A DNA stretch of 64,000 nucleotides from assembly GCA_031401495.1 (NCBI GenBank), contig JANNRQ010000021.1:99-64098 (forward strand). Reading direction: 5' to 3'. Both the position numbers and the translations under genes were made by a program. The notes below the pieces were generated by a model. That model was given only the letters and a program-made list of their open reading frames with translations, was not told the DNA's origin and made no database searches. This DNA comes from Gemmatimonadota bacterium. Lineage in GTDB: Bacteria; Gemmatimonadota; Gemmatimonadetes; Gemmatimonadales; Gemmatimonadaceae. This document shows, piece after piece, positions 56,090 to 64,000 of the stretch (position 1 is the stretch's first letter; every line of letters begins with the position of its first letter).

Positions 56090-59000
56090 ATGCGCTCAAT
56101 GCTTCGCGTCATCCCGTCGGCACTGCTCGCCCTCCCGCTTGCCCTCTCGGCTCAGGGCACCGTGGCCCAGGAGTTCGGCAAACTCCACTTCCGCTCGATC
56201 GGACCGGCCACAATGTCCGGCCGCATCTCGGACGTCGCGGTCTACGAAGCCAATCCGGCCATCTACTACGTCGGCACCGCGCACGGCGGTGTGTGGAAGA
56301 CGACGAACAACGGCGCGACGTTCGAGGCACAGTTCCAGGACATGGGCCTGATGTCCATCGGTGACGTCGCGGTCTCGCAGTCGAATCCGGACCTGGTCTG
56401 GGTCGGCACCGGCGAGTCGAACAACCGCCAGTCCGGATCGTGGGGCAGCGGCATCTACAAGTCCACGGACGGCGGCAAGACGTACGCGTTCATGGGCCTG
56501 CCGAACTCGAAGCACATCCACGACATCGTCATCCACCCCACCAACAATGACGTCGTGGTGGTCGCGGCGACGGGCGCGCTGTACGGCCCGGGCGGCGACC
56601 GCGGCGTTTACAAGACCACCGACGGCGGACGCACATGGAAGCACGTGCTCCGCGTTGACGACGAGACGGGCGCCAACGACGCGACGTACTCACTGAGCGA
56701 TCCCAACGTCATGTTCGCGACGACGTATCAGCGACGTCGCAGCGCGTGCTGCATGAACGGCGGCGGTCCCGGCAGCGGCATCTGGAAGTCGACAGACGGC
56801 GGCGAGACGTGGAACCGACTCTCCGGCAACGGTCTGCCGGCCGGCCCGCTCGGACGCATCGCGGTTGATGTGTACCGCAAGAACGGCAGCACGGTGTACG
56901 CGCTGATCGAAGGGCCTGGCGGCGCTGGTGGCCCCGGTGGCCCCGGTGGCCCCGGTGGCCCCGGTGGCGGTGGCGGGGGTGGTGGCGGAGGTGGCGCAAA
57001 CGCTGCGCCGAATGCGTTGCCCACGGGCGTCTATCGCTCGAATGACGGCGGCGCCACGTGGACCAAGACGAGCAACGTCAATCCGCGCCCGATGTACTTC
57101 AGCAAGGTCCGCATCGACCCGAACAATCCAGAGCGGATCATGGCCGGCGGCGTGGGCATGCAACTCTCAGTGGACGGCGGCAAGACGTTCGAGACGGATG
57201 CGTCGTTCGCCATTCATGACGACGTGCACGCGATCTGGATCAACCCGGCCAATTCGAACCACGTCCTGATCGGCAACGACGGCGGACTCGGCGTCTCATA
57301 CGACTTCGCCAAGCACTGGATCTTCATTCCCAACCTTCCGGTCGGGCTGTTCTATCACGTCGGCTTCGACATGGAAACGCCGTACAACATTTGCGGCGGC
57401 ATGCAGGACAACTACAACTGGTGCGGACCGAGCGCGGTGCGCATGGGTCGGGGCATCAACAACTACGACTGGTTCCAGATTCAGGGCGGCGACGGCTTCG
57501 TCGCTATTCCGGACCAGCGCGATTCGCGTTGGATCTACACGGAGTCGCAGGACGGAAACATGACGCGCCGCAACAAGGTGACCGGTGAGTCGAAGTCGAT
57601 CCGGCCCGCGGCGCAAAACGTGACCAATCACGTGGCGGGCGAGGCGTATCGCTTCCATTGGGACTCGCCGATGATCTTCTCGCCGAATGATCCGGGCGTA
57701 CTGCTGGTCGCGGCCAATCGCGTGTTCCGTTCGCGTGACCGCGGCGATTCGTGGGAAGCCATCAGCCCGGATCTCACCACGAATGAGGTGCGCGATTCCA
57801 TCGTGACGATGGGGCAGAAGAACGCGGAGCATCGCATCGCACGGAACGACGGCATCTCGCAGTGGCCGGCCATCGTTGCACTGGCGGAATCGCCGCGGCA
57901 GGGTGGCGTCTTCTATGCGGGCACCGATGACGGCACCGTCAGCGTGTCGCGCGACAACGGCAAGACGTGGACCAACATCACGAAAAACCTGCCGGGTTTC
58001 CCGGCGGGGCACGCGTTTGTGTCTGAAGTGGTACCGTCGCGCTATGCCGCCGGCACCGTGTACGTCACGGTCGAAAACCACCGGCTCAACGACTACGCGC
58101 CGTACGCTTGGGTCAGCACGGACTTCGGCGCCACGTTCCGCAGCATCACGAGCGGACTGGCCGGAGAAGTGGTGCGTACCCTGACGGAAGACACGAAGAA
58201 TCAGGATGTGCTGTACGTCGGCACCGAGACGGGCATCTTCCTCTCGCTCGATCGCGGCGCCACGTGGCGTCGCCTCAAAGGCCGCAGTTTCCCGGACGTG
58301 CGCGTTGACGAACTGACGATCCATCCGCGCGAGAACGCGCTGCTGGTCGCGTCGCACGGTCGCGCGCTATGGGTGTTGGACCATCTCGAACCGATCCAGG
58401 AGTATCGCGCCGCATCGATGGCGGCGACGTCCAAGCTCTTCACGCCCGGTCCGTCGCTCCAGTGGAAGTCGCTCGACAACCGGAACGACGAGTTCTGGGG
58501 ACACCAGACCTTCATGGGCGAGAACCCGCCGACGGAGACGGTGATCCAGATGCACATCAAGGCACCGCTCACCAACCCTGCGCTTCGCATCAGTGACGCA
58601 GCGGGCAAGGTGATTCGCGACGTCGCGATTCCGGCTGCCAAGAACATCGCTGGCATGCACACCCAATGTTGGGACCAGCGCACTGAGCCGATCACGCCGC
58701 TCGCTGGTGGCGGCGGTCCGGGCGCTGGTCCGGGCGGCGGTGGCGGCGGTGGCGGCGGTGGCGGCGGCGGTGGTGCACGCCCGATCGAGGGCTATCCGGC
58801 GCCACTCCCGGTGTCGGGCTACAAGCCACAGAACCCGTGCGCGGCTGCCGCGGGTGGCGGCGGACCGGGCGGTGGTGGCGGTGGCTTCGGTGGCGGAGGC
58901 GGAGGCAACCAGGGCCCGCTCGTCATGCCGGGCAACTACACGGTAGCACTCATGTCCGATGGCAAGGTCGTGGACACCAAGCCACTCACCATCGTCATGG

Positions 59001-59512
59001 ATCCGGCGATCACGCTGACGGGTCCGGCGCGTGCGCGTTACAACGCGTTGGTCGCGGACCTGCATGAACTCCAGCGCCGTGCCACCGAGGCGGCGCGTCC
59101 GCTTGCGGCGCTGGCGCCTGAAGTCGTGACGACGGGAGCCAAAGTGGACTCGACGTCACTTTCCGATGTGAAGGCTGAGTGGGCTGCGTTCCGCAAGGAC
59201 TTCGACGCGGTGCGCGCCAAGTTCGGCGTCGGCGGCGGTGCAGGCCCGGGCTTCGGCGGTGGCGGTGGTGGTGGCGGCGGTGGTGCAGCCGCTCAAGCTG
59301 CGGCCGCGGCCAACGCGCTCGGCCGGGTCGGCGCGCTCAAGGGCGCCATCATGGGCATTTGGGAAACGCCCAGCGATGGCACCATGAAGCAGGTGGACGC
59401 GGCGCGTGCTGCGCTCAACACTGCGCTTGGTGAAGTCGCGCCAATCGTGGCGCGTGCCAAGGCGATGAGCGCCAGGCTCCAAGCGACTGGGGTGGCGTTT
59501 AAGGTGCAGTAG
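56090..59512 (+). CDS. Secreted BNR/Asp-box repeat, sortilin-Vps10/GH74-like double-propeller protein with four poly-Gly inserts
   Basis: Signal peptide MRSMLRVIPSALLALPLALSAQG. Repeated S.DGG.TW Asp-box motifs occur (STDGGKTY, TTDGGRTW, STDGGETW, SNDGGATW, SVDGGKTF, SRDNGKTW, SLDRGATW). Low-complexity Gly runs are encoded near 56915-57000, 58700-58790, 58850-58915 and 59230-59300. Confidence 0.85.
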   Translation: MRSMLRVIPSALLALPLALSAQGTVAQEFGKLHFRSIGPATMSGRISDVAVYEANPAIYYVGTAHGGVWKTTNNGATFEAQFQDMGLMSIGDVAVSQSNPDLVWVGTGESNNRQSGSWGSGIYKSTDGGKTYAFMGLPNSKHIHDIVIHPTNNDVVVVAATGALYGPGGDRGVYKTTDGGRTWKHVLRVDDETGANDATYSLSDPNVMFATTYQRRRSACCMNGGGPGSGIWKSTDGGETWNRLSGNGLPAGPLGRIAVDVYRKNGSTVYALIEGPGGAGGPGGPGGPGGPGGGGGGGGGGGANAAPNALPTGVYRSNDGGATWTKTSNVNPRPMYFSKVRIDPNNPERIMAGGVGMQLSVDGGKTFETDASFAIHDDVHAIWINPANSNHVLIGNDGGLGVSYDFAKHWIFIPNLPVGLFYHVGFDMETPYNICGGMQDNYNWCGPSAVRMGRGINNYDWFQIQGGDGFVAIPDQRDSRWIYTESQDGNMTRRNKVTGESKSIRPAAQNVTNHVAGEAYRFHWDSPMIFSPNDPGVLLVAANRVFRSRDRGDSWEAISPDLTTNEVRDSIVTMGQKNAEHRIARNDGISQWPAIVALAESPRQGGVFYAGTDDGTVSVSRDNGKTWTNITKNLPGFPAGHAFVSEVVPSRYAAGTVYVTVENHRLNDYAPYAWVSTDFGATFRSITSGLAGEVVRTLTEDTKNQDVLYVGTETGIFLSLDRGATWRRLKGRSFPDVRVDELTIHPRENALLVASHGRALWVLDHLEPIQEYRAASMAATSKLFTPGPSLQWKSLDNRNDEFWGHQTFMGENPPTETVIQMHIKAPLTNPALRISDAAGKVIRDVAIPAAKNIAGMHTQCWDQRTEPITPLAGGGGPGAGPGGGGGGGGGGGGGGARPIEGYPAPLPVSGYKPQNPCAAAAGGGGPGGGGGGFGGGGGGNQGPLVMPGNYTVALMSDGKVVDTKPLTIVMDPAITLTGPARARYNALVADLHELQRRATEAARPLAALAPEVVTTGAKVDSTSLSDVKAEWAAFRKDFDAVRAKFGVGGGAGPGFGGGGGGGGGGAAAQAAAAANALGRVGALKGAIMGIWETPSDGTMKQVDAARAALNTALGEVAPIVARAKAMSARLQATGVAFKVQ
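56927..56995 (+). repeat. Tandem 9-nt repeat (GGTGGCCCC x4) running into a GGN tract
   Basis: GGT GGC CCC x4 followed by GGT GGC GGT GGC GGG GGT GGT GGC GGA GGT GGC. It encodes (GGP)4 followed by about 11 Gly. Confidence 0.85.
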
Positions 59513-59570
59513 GATCGGTCGCGGAAGGCGACAACGTTCGCCAACCTTTAGAACACGGATCATGTCGGAG

Positions 59571-59612
59571 GGGCCTGATCACGACAACGACTAGTTGTTG
59601 TTGGTCGGGCCC
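59571..59612. terminator. Imperfect long hairpin between convergent genes (candidate bidirectional terminator)
   Basis: GGGCCTGATCACGACAACGAC / GTTGTTGTTGGTCGGGCCC with a few mismatches or bulges. There is no clear U-tract. It overlaps the stop codon of the minus-strand gene. Confidence 0.35.
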
Positions 59613-60061
59613 TTCTGCCTGCCGGAATCGGCGGCCGGCCGCATGCGCGAGAACGGGAAGCCGTTGCAGCCCGTCCGCGGAGTCGCCCGCTTGGCCACGC
59701 TGACAGCTTCCGCGACCGCGGCACTCGGCGCGTTGTACGCACTGTAACAGTACGCCCACGTATACGGCGGCATGCCCCCCAGCGGCAGCCAGTCGATGCG
59801 CGTCCAGCGCCCCTTGTCGCCGGGGTTCGCCGAATCGTTGCGCGCGATGAGGAACTGGCCCGGAACATCCCATCGCACGATGTGATAGCGCGAGCGCGTG
59901 CCGTGGTCCCACGTGGTCGCCGAAATGGTGTACCGGCCGCGATAGTCGTCCTCGAACGCGCCGAGCATGATCGGGGGCGGAGCAGCGGGTCGGGCTCGTG
60001 GAGACGAGTGCGCGCAGGCGAGGGTCGTCAACACGATGGCGGAGGCGGAAAGCAAACGCAT
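59591..60061 (-). CDS. Hypothetical lipoprotein
   Basis: The ATG at 60061 gives MRLLSASAIVLTTLACAHS, which contains a lipobox. It lies 1 nt downstream of the preceding gene's stop. Confidence 0.55.
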   Translation of the reverse strand: MRLLSASAIVLTTLACAHSSPRARPAAPPPIMLGAFEDDYRGRYTISATTWDHGTRSRYHIVRWDVPGQFLIARNDSANPGDKGRWTRIDWLPLGGMPPYTWAYCYSAYNAPSAAVAEAVSVAKRATPRTGCNGFPFSRMRPAADSGRQKGPTNNN

Positions 60062-60062
60062 G

Positions 60063-60506
60063 TCAGCCCTGCTTGGTGAGATGCTTCTGCGCACCCACCA
60101 AGTAAGCCTCGCGCAACCAGGCTTGAAACACCGCATCCACCTCGGCGATGGACTCAATGCGAAAGTGATGCACGTGGTTGCGTGGTGAGATCGTTTCGAT
60201 CTTGCGAAATCGCGGGTGGGGAAGCCGGCGGGCGAGTACCACGTGGCCGTCGAGCCAGCGGGTTCGCGGGGTCACTTGGGCAAACGACATGCGCACCTGG
60301 AACGCGATGCGAGTTTTCTCAGGCAGCACGATCACCGGCCCGCACGCGGCAACGGCGGCCCGGACGGCGTTGTAGAGTTTTCGGATCGCAGGGTCCTTTC
60401 CCGTGAAGTGGTGGGCGAGGTCCAGGCGTGCGCACGTGTGAGTCTGATTGCGGTTGGCAAAGCGGCGCTTGCAGCGCGGGCAGGACCAGAGCGGCAGGGG
60501 CCGCAC
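60063..60506 (-). CDS. DUF5655-like protein with N-terminal CxxC...HxC zinc-ribbon-like motif
   Basis: GTG start adjacent to the upstream stop. The motifs are CPRCKRRFANRNQTHTC then IAFQVRMSFAQV.PR.RWLDGHVVL.R. The family assignment rests on my recollection of this pattern. Confidence 0.6.
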   Translation of the reverse strand: MRPLPLWSCPRCKRRFANRNQTHTCARLDLAHHFTGKDPAIRKLYNAVRAAVAACGPVIVLPEKTRIAFQVRMSFAQVTPRTRWLDGHVVLARRLPHPRFRKIETISPRNHVHHFRIESIAEVDAVFQAWLREAYLVGAQKHLTKQG

Positions 60507-61262
60507 TCAGAATCTCTTCGCGACCGACAGCACCGCGGAGTGCAGCCACGCGAACGCGAAGACCGGGTCGACGTCCGCGCCGCCCTCCACCGTGCGGTAG
60601 CCGGCGGCGAAGCGCCATCGGTCTCCTGCGTCGTACGCGAGCTTGAGCGACGCATCGATAGCGCGACCGGGACCGCCTCCGAGGGCGTCGGTGTCGACGG
60701 TGAAGCGCCACGGACCCGCCAGTCGCGCGTCGCCGGCGATGTGCAGGAGCGGGACGAATCCCACGTCAATCTTCTCCGCCGCCGTCACTCCCTGACGTAG
60801 CGCGATCTTCGCGTCGCGCACCTTGGCGGTGCCACCCACCCTCCAGGTCCAGCGTGTGCCGTGGTGGAACCGCCAGCGGTACGTCAGCCGAAAGGAGTTG
60901 AACTTGTACGTCACCGTCGTTGGGAGGCTTGGGGCGAAAGAAGCGCCGCCAAACAGGATCAGCTGATCAGGAACGCCGGTCTCCGTGACGGATAGTGGTG
61001 CCGCGAGGAGCCGCAGCTCCCGGCGGTCATCGATGCTCCAGGTTACGTAGGCACGCCAGGCGGTCCACGGTCCGCGGCCGGCAAGGTCCACGAGCGAGAA
61101 CGCGGTGGCCGACGCATTATTCGGAATGCGGACATCGTTCCGTGTCTGCCAGAGCGGGCCGCCCTCCACCTCGAGCGTGAAGCGTGGGGCCGACTGCCCA
61201 CTGGCTGCGTTCGTGGCAAGAACCGCGATCGCAGCCGCCACGAAGTGAAGTCGGGTTTTCAT
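60507..61262 (-). CDS. Outer-membrane beta-barrel-like protein
   Basis: Signal peptide MKTRLHFVAAAIAVLATNAASGQ. Alternating amphipathic strands rich in aromatic residues, with a terminal Phe (..SVAKRF). Confidence 0.65.
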   Translation of the reverse strand: MKTRLHFVAAAIAVLATNAASGQSAPRFTLEVEGGPLWQTRNDVRIPNNASATAFSLVDLAGRGPWTAWRAYVTWSIDDRRELRLLAAPLSVTETGVPDQLILFGGASFAPSLPTTVTYKFNSFRLTYRWRFHHGTRWTWRVGGTAKVRDAKIALRQGVTAAEKIDVGFVPLLHIAGDARLAGPWRFTVDTDALGGGPGRAIDASLKLAYDAGDRWRFAAGYRTVEGGADVDPVFAFAWLHSAVLSVAKRF

Positions 61263-61316
61263 TTCTGGGATCTGTCGGGCGTCGCGATTATTGCGGAATC
61301 GGATGATGGGCGGACG

Positions 61317-61715
61317 TCAGCGGGCGACGGCGTATCCGGCGGATGCTGCGACCGTGGTGAGCGCAACGCCCCACGCGAGGTCCACGAGGACGATGATCAG
61401 CGGGAAGTCCCTGATGAGTGCCAGACTCGTCAGGTCATACGTCGCGTACGCCGCGAGTCCGAAGAATGCACCGAGCGCCATCGCGCGGCCCAGTGAGCGC
61501 CGCTCGGCGGCCGGCATGACCACGAACACCACGACCGCCGTCACATACAATAGATAGAACAGGAGCGCGGGGACCCATTTGACATCCGGGCGGAGCAGGG
61601 TGCTCATGTGCTTCGCGTACAGTCCCTTCGCTACCACGCCCAGCCAGAGCAGGTCGAGTACGAACATGGTGGCGCCGGTGGCAGCGAAGACCTTGAGGAA
61701 CGTGATCGTATTCAT
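61317..61715 (-). CDS. DUF2177 family membrane protein
   Basis: The ATG at 61715 overlaps the upstream stop (ATGA). FLKVFAATGATMFVLDLLWLGVVAKGLY is typical of DUF2177. Four TM segments. Confidence 0.75.
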   Translation of the reverse strand: MNTITFLKVFAATGATMFVLDLLWLGVVAKGLYAKHMSTLLRPDVKWVPALLFYLLYVTAVVVFVVMPAAERRSLGRAMALGAFFGLAAYATYDLTSLALIRDFPLIIVLVDLAWGVALTTVAASAGYAVAR

Positions 61716-62218
61716 GCGTGGCTCCGTGCAGCGCTGAAGCGCGCCGCGATGACGGTGGTTCGATAGTTGAAAATAGCGTTCAGCTGATGACGGACGACGA
61801 GCCAGTGCACGAGACGCCCGAGTGCCCCAAACGGCAGGCGGTACTCCACATCGTCGGTCATCTCCACGCCGCCATCCACGGCGCGGAAACTGTGCCGGTG
61901 GTACCAGCGCGAGTACGGCCCTGTGAGTTGCTCGTCGGCAAAGTGCGAACCCTCCACGTACTCGGTGATCCGTGATTCCCACGCCATCGGGATTCCGAAC
62001 AGGCTCAGTCGGTAGCGGATGCGCGTGCCATTCCGCACGACTTCGTCACTTGTGGCCACGATTCGGAAACCGAGCCATGGCGGAGTGATTGTCTCCAGGT
62101 TGCGCGGATCCTTGAAGAACGCGAACACGGTTGGCAGGTCGCCGGCGAGTCGCGTGGTGCGCACGAGGCGGAATGACTGCGCATCGGTCAGCGCGGGTAG
62201 AGCGGTTGAGGCGCTCAT
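61712..62218 (-). CDS. SRPBCC (START/Bet v1-like, cyclase/dehydrase-type) family protein
   Basis: VFAFFKDPRNLETITPPWLGFRI ... GPYSRWYHRHSF follows a conserved SRPBCC subfamily pattern. The start overlaps the stop of the regulator gene. Confidence 0.8.
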   Translation of the reverse strand: MSASTALPALTDAQSFRLVRTTRLAGDLPTVFAFFKDPRNLETITPPWLGFRIVATSDEVVRNGTRIRYRLSLFGIPMAWESRITEYVEGSHFADEQLTGPYSRWYHRHSFRAVDGGVEMTDDVEYRLPFGALGRLVHWLVVRHQLNAIFNYRTTVIAARFSAARSHA

Positions 62219-63168
62219 GCGTTCGCCGTGTCGCGTGGGAGGACGCGTCGCATTTCAGCCATACTGCCGCAGACCAACAGGCCGGGTGTCGTGAGACGAT
62301 CGGCCATCCGCATCGCCGCGGCGCCTCCGACCACGATGGGGATGTGCGCGGCGAGTGCGTCGCGCACTGCGCGCAGCTCCCGAACGGTTGCGTCAGGATG
62401 ATCGGTGTGAACGATGCTGAGCGCGACGGCGCGGGCGCCGCTCGCGGTAGCAGCGGCAACGATGTCGGCCGCGGGGACGTTGACGCCGAGATAGATGATG
62501 GTCCATCCGTCGAGCGCGGCGGCTGCGGCCGCGAGGGCCGCGCCTATCGCGTGCTGCTCGCCGACGGGCGTCGCGACCAGCAGGCGCTCCGCGTCGGCCG
62601 ACTCGGGCACCGAGCGCATGGCTTCGTGAATGAGCGCGACGACAACCGCGGAAGCGAGGTGTTCGTGCGCGACCGTCAGGCGCCCTGCCTGCCATTCGGC
62701 GCCGACGCGGTGCATCAACGCCGGAACTACTTCCTCGAGGAAGGCCGGAATGCCCTGACGGGCGATCGTACGGCGCAGTTCGCGCTCGAGTGCGGAGCCG
62801 TCCAGTGCGCGCGTGTGTTCCAGCGCGACTTCGGCGGGTTCCGCGTGAGCGGAGCGATCTATAGAAGGGGCAGGGGCCGGCCGTTCGGCATCATCTTCAG
62901 CGACGAGCCGCTCGAGAGCATCGGTGGTCAGGCCGGCGACCATGCTGATGTTGCGCCCATTCTTTGTCGCCGCGGCCAGCAAGCGAAACCGGGCGATCTG
63001 CTCATTGGAATACAGGCGCTGTCCACCGGGCGAGCGCGTCGGCTCGACGGCCGAGTAGCGCCGTTCCCACACCCGAAGAACGTCGGGTGAGAGGCCGGTT
63101 CGTTCTGCGACTACCCTGATTGGGTGGCCCGAGGGCGCTGTATTCGGGTCAGAAGAGCGATTCCGCAT
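62215..63168 (-). CDS. MerR-family, cobalamin-binding CarH/LitR-type light-responsive transcriptional regulator
   Basis: N-terminal MerR HTH (IRVVAERTGLSPDVLRVWERRY). The Wx9EH motif (WQAGRLTVAHEH) of the CarH helical bundle is present. The B12-binding Rossmann has E-x-H-x-x-G (GEQHAIG), SxL-like LSI and a GG motif (VVGG). Confidence 0.85.
   Translation of the reverse strand: MRNRSSDPNTAPSGHPIRVVAERTGLSPDVLRVWERRYSAVEPTRSPGGQRLYSNEQIARFRLLAAATKNGRNISMVAGLTTDALERLVAEDDAERPAPAPSIDRSAHAEPAEVALEHTRALDGSALERELRRTIARQGIPAFLEEVVPALMHRVGAEWQAGRLTVAHEHLASAVVVALIHEAMRSVPESADAERLLVATPVGEQHAIGAALAAAAAALDGWTIIYLGVNVPAADIVAAATASGARAVALSIVHTDHPDATVRELRAVRDALAAHIPIVVGGAAAMRMADRLTTPGLLVCGSMAEMRRVLPRDTANA
62858..62867 (+). 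other. TCTATAGAAG motif copy 4 (TCTATAGAAGGG)
   Basis: Exact 10-mer inside the linker of the CarH/LitR-like gene. It is read on the minus strand as TCT ATA GAT (S-I-D). Confidence 0.9.
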
Positions 63169-63196
63169 GAAGGGAAGATGGTGCTGTGTCTAACTG

Positions 63197-63253
63197 TTGT
63201 CAAGGTATAGACATAGACAAAGGCTTGACAATCACCACATTTCAGGCCATTAT
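63197..63253. promoter_or_regulatory. Divergent promoter/operator region between the CarH/LitR-like gene and the fasciclin gene
   Basis: AT-rich 130-nt intergenic region. The inverted repeat TTGTCAAG (63197-204) / CTTGACAA (63224-231) supplies a perfect TTGACA -35 on each strand. GACATAGACAA (63210-220) fits the 11-bp nAnnTnnACAn repeat I recall for CarH operators, and the next 11-mer fits partly. A -10-like CATTAT lies at 63248-253. Confidence 0.45.
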
Positions 63254-63304
63254 TAGTCACATAGCTGGACAATCCCATAACAACAATCCTCACAGGTGAC
63301 TCAC

Positions 63305-63820
63305 ATGTCGATCTCGAGAATGGCTGCCTTTGCACTCGCTGGTGTGATGGTCGCGACCACGGTCGCGCAGGCACAGATGGACCACAGCGCGATGAAGATG
63401 GACAAGACGATCGTTGACGTTGCGGTCGAGAACGGCTCGTTCAAGACGCTCGTTACGGCGCTGAAGGCGGCCGACCTGGTTGGCGCGCTTTCCGGCAAGG
63501 GTCCGTTCACGGTGTTCGCCCCGACGGACGCGGCGTTCGCGAAGCTCCCGGCCGGAACAGTGGAAGGGTTGCTCAAGGACCCCAAGGCGCTCGCCTCGAT
63601 CCTGACGTACCACGTTGTGTCGGGCAAGGTGATGGCCGCTGACGTGATCAAGGGCAACGGTGCGACCCCGGCGACGCTGAACGGCGCGAAGCTCAGCATC
63701 ACGGTGAAGGGCGGCAAGGTGTATGTGAATGGCGCCCAGGTCACGACCGCTGACGTCGTCGGCTCGAATGGCGTGATCCACGTGATCGACGCGGTCGTCC
63801 TGCCGCCGGCAGGGAAGTAA
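63305..63820 (+). CDS. Fasciclin (FAS1) domain-containing secreted protein
   Basis: Signal peptide present. The motifs are [25 protein letters not shown] and [13 protein letters not shown]. The ATG at 63305 is preferred over the GTG at 63296. Confidence 0.85.
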   Translation: MSISRMAAFALAGVMVATTVAQAQMDHSAMKMDKTIVDVAVENGSFKTLVTALKAADLVGALSGKGPFTVFAPTDAAFAKLPAGTVEGLLKDPKALASILTYHVVSGKVMAADVIKGNGATPATLNGAKLSITVKGGKVYVNGAQVTTADVVGSNGVIHVIDAVVLPPAGK

Positions 63821-64000
63821 ATGCTCATCGGCATGCTGCTCCTGACGGCGCTTGGTCTCCGCGCCGATTCCGTATTGCCGGCCGTACGGCCCGGCGTGAT
63901 CGTCGACACCGTGCGGATGTTCCCGCGCGTGAAGGGGACGAACCTCGAGGGCCGGCGCTTTTCTCTTCCGGCCGATTTCGAGGCGGAGTTCAACGTGGTG
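63821..64000 (+). CDS. Partial CDS (N-terminal 60 codons), possibly a thioredoxin-fold/redoxin-like secreted protein
   Basis: The ATG follows the fasciclin TAA stop directly and the frame stays open to the window end. The hydrophobic N-terminus MLIGMLLLTALGL is followed by GTNLEGRRFSLPADFEAEFNVV, which resembles the start of redoxin-type proteins. Weak call. Confidence 0.35.
   Translation, partial: MLIGMLLLTALGLRADSVLPAVRPGVIVDTVRMFPRVKGTNLEGRRFSLPADFEAEFNVV

Noticed and set aside
57296-58357. 353-aa antisense ORF inside the BNR/Vps10-like gene.
   Set aside because: Same reasoning as above: a GC-driven open frame with no domain signature.

Overview
High-GC bacterial chromosomal window, roughly two-thirds G+C by eye (not computed). 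The protein families present (DUF2911, many DinB paralogs, DUF1800/DUF1501, BlaR1-HEAT fusions, an Ig-like/RCC1 lipoprotein) look Gemmatimonadota/Acidobacteriota-like; this is inference only. I call about 60 protein-coding genes. I found no rRNA, tRNA, CRISPR array, integrase or transposase. Main blocks: (1) 0.2-26.5 kb holds secreted or periplasmic hydrolases and small stress or detox-type proteins: two S9 peptidases, a beta-lactamase-like hydrolase, an amidohydrolase, a PQQ dehydrogenase, SMP-30-like propellers, four DinB, two DUF2911 and three NTF2-like proteins. (2) 26.7-39.7 kb holds a complete-looking but split type II secretion (T2SS) cluster: gspG alone, then gspI/J/K-like genes on the minus strand, then gspF-H-L-M-C-D-E-like genes on the plus strand. 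A lipoprotein, a cupredoxin and a DUF1800/DUF1501 pair sit between gspG and the rest. (3) 39.7-46.7 kb holds DUF2461, a MATE exporter, a 1234-aa Ig-like/RCC1 lipoprotein and an HxlR regulator. (4) 46.8-50.4 kb is a methionine operon, metX plus an unusual cystathionine-gamma-synthase::homoserine-dehydrogenase fusion, behind a promoter, structured leader and terminator. (5) 50.5-55.9 kb holds a Ser/Thr kinase, a BlaI-like repressor, an M56 BlaR1-like protease fused to HEAT repeats, and a secreted HEAT protein. (6) 56.1-59.5 kb is a BNR/Vps10-like protein with poly-Gly inserts. (7) 59.6-64 kb is a CarH/LitR-type B12 photoreceptor-regulator operon facing a fasciclin gene. Signals not explained by genes: a strand-polar AT-rich 10-12-mer TCTATAGAAG(G/T)G present four times; a family of tandem heptanucleotide (7-nt period) repeats in intergenic regions and in frame inside the met genes; a gene bracketed by about 170-bp composite repeats with inverted outer arms; and a REP-like long hairpin.
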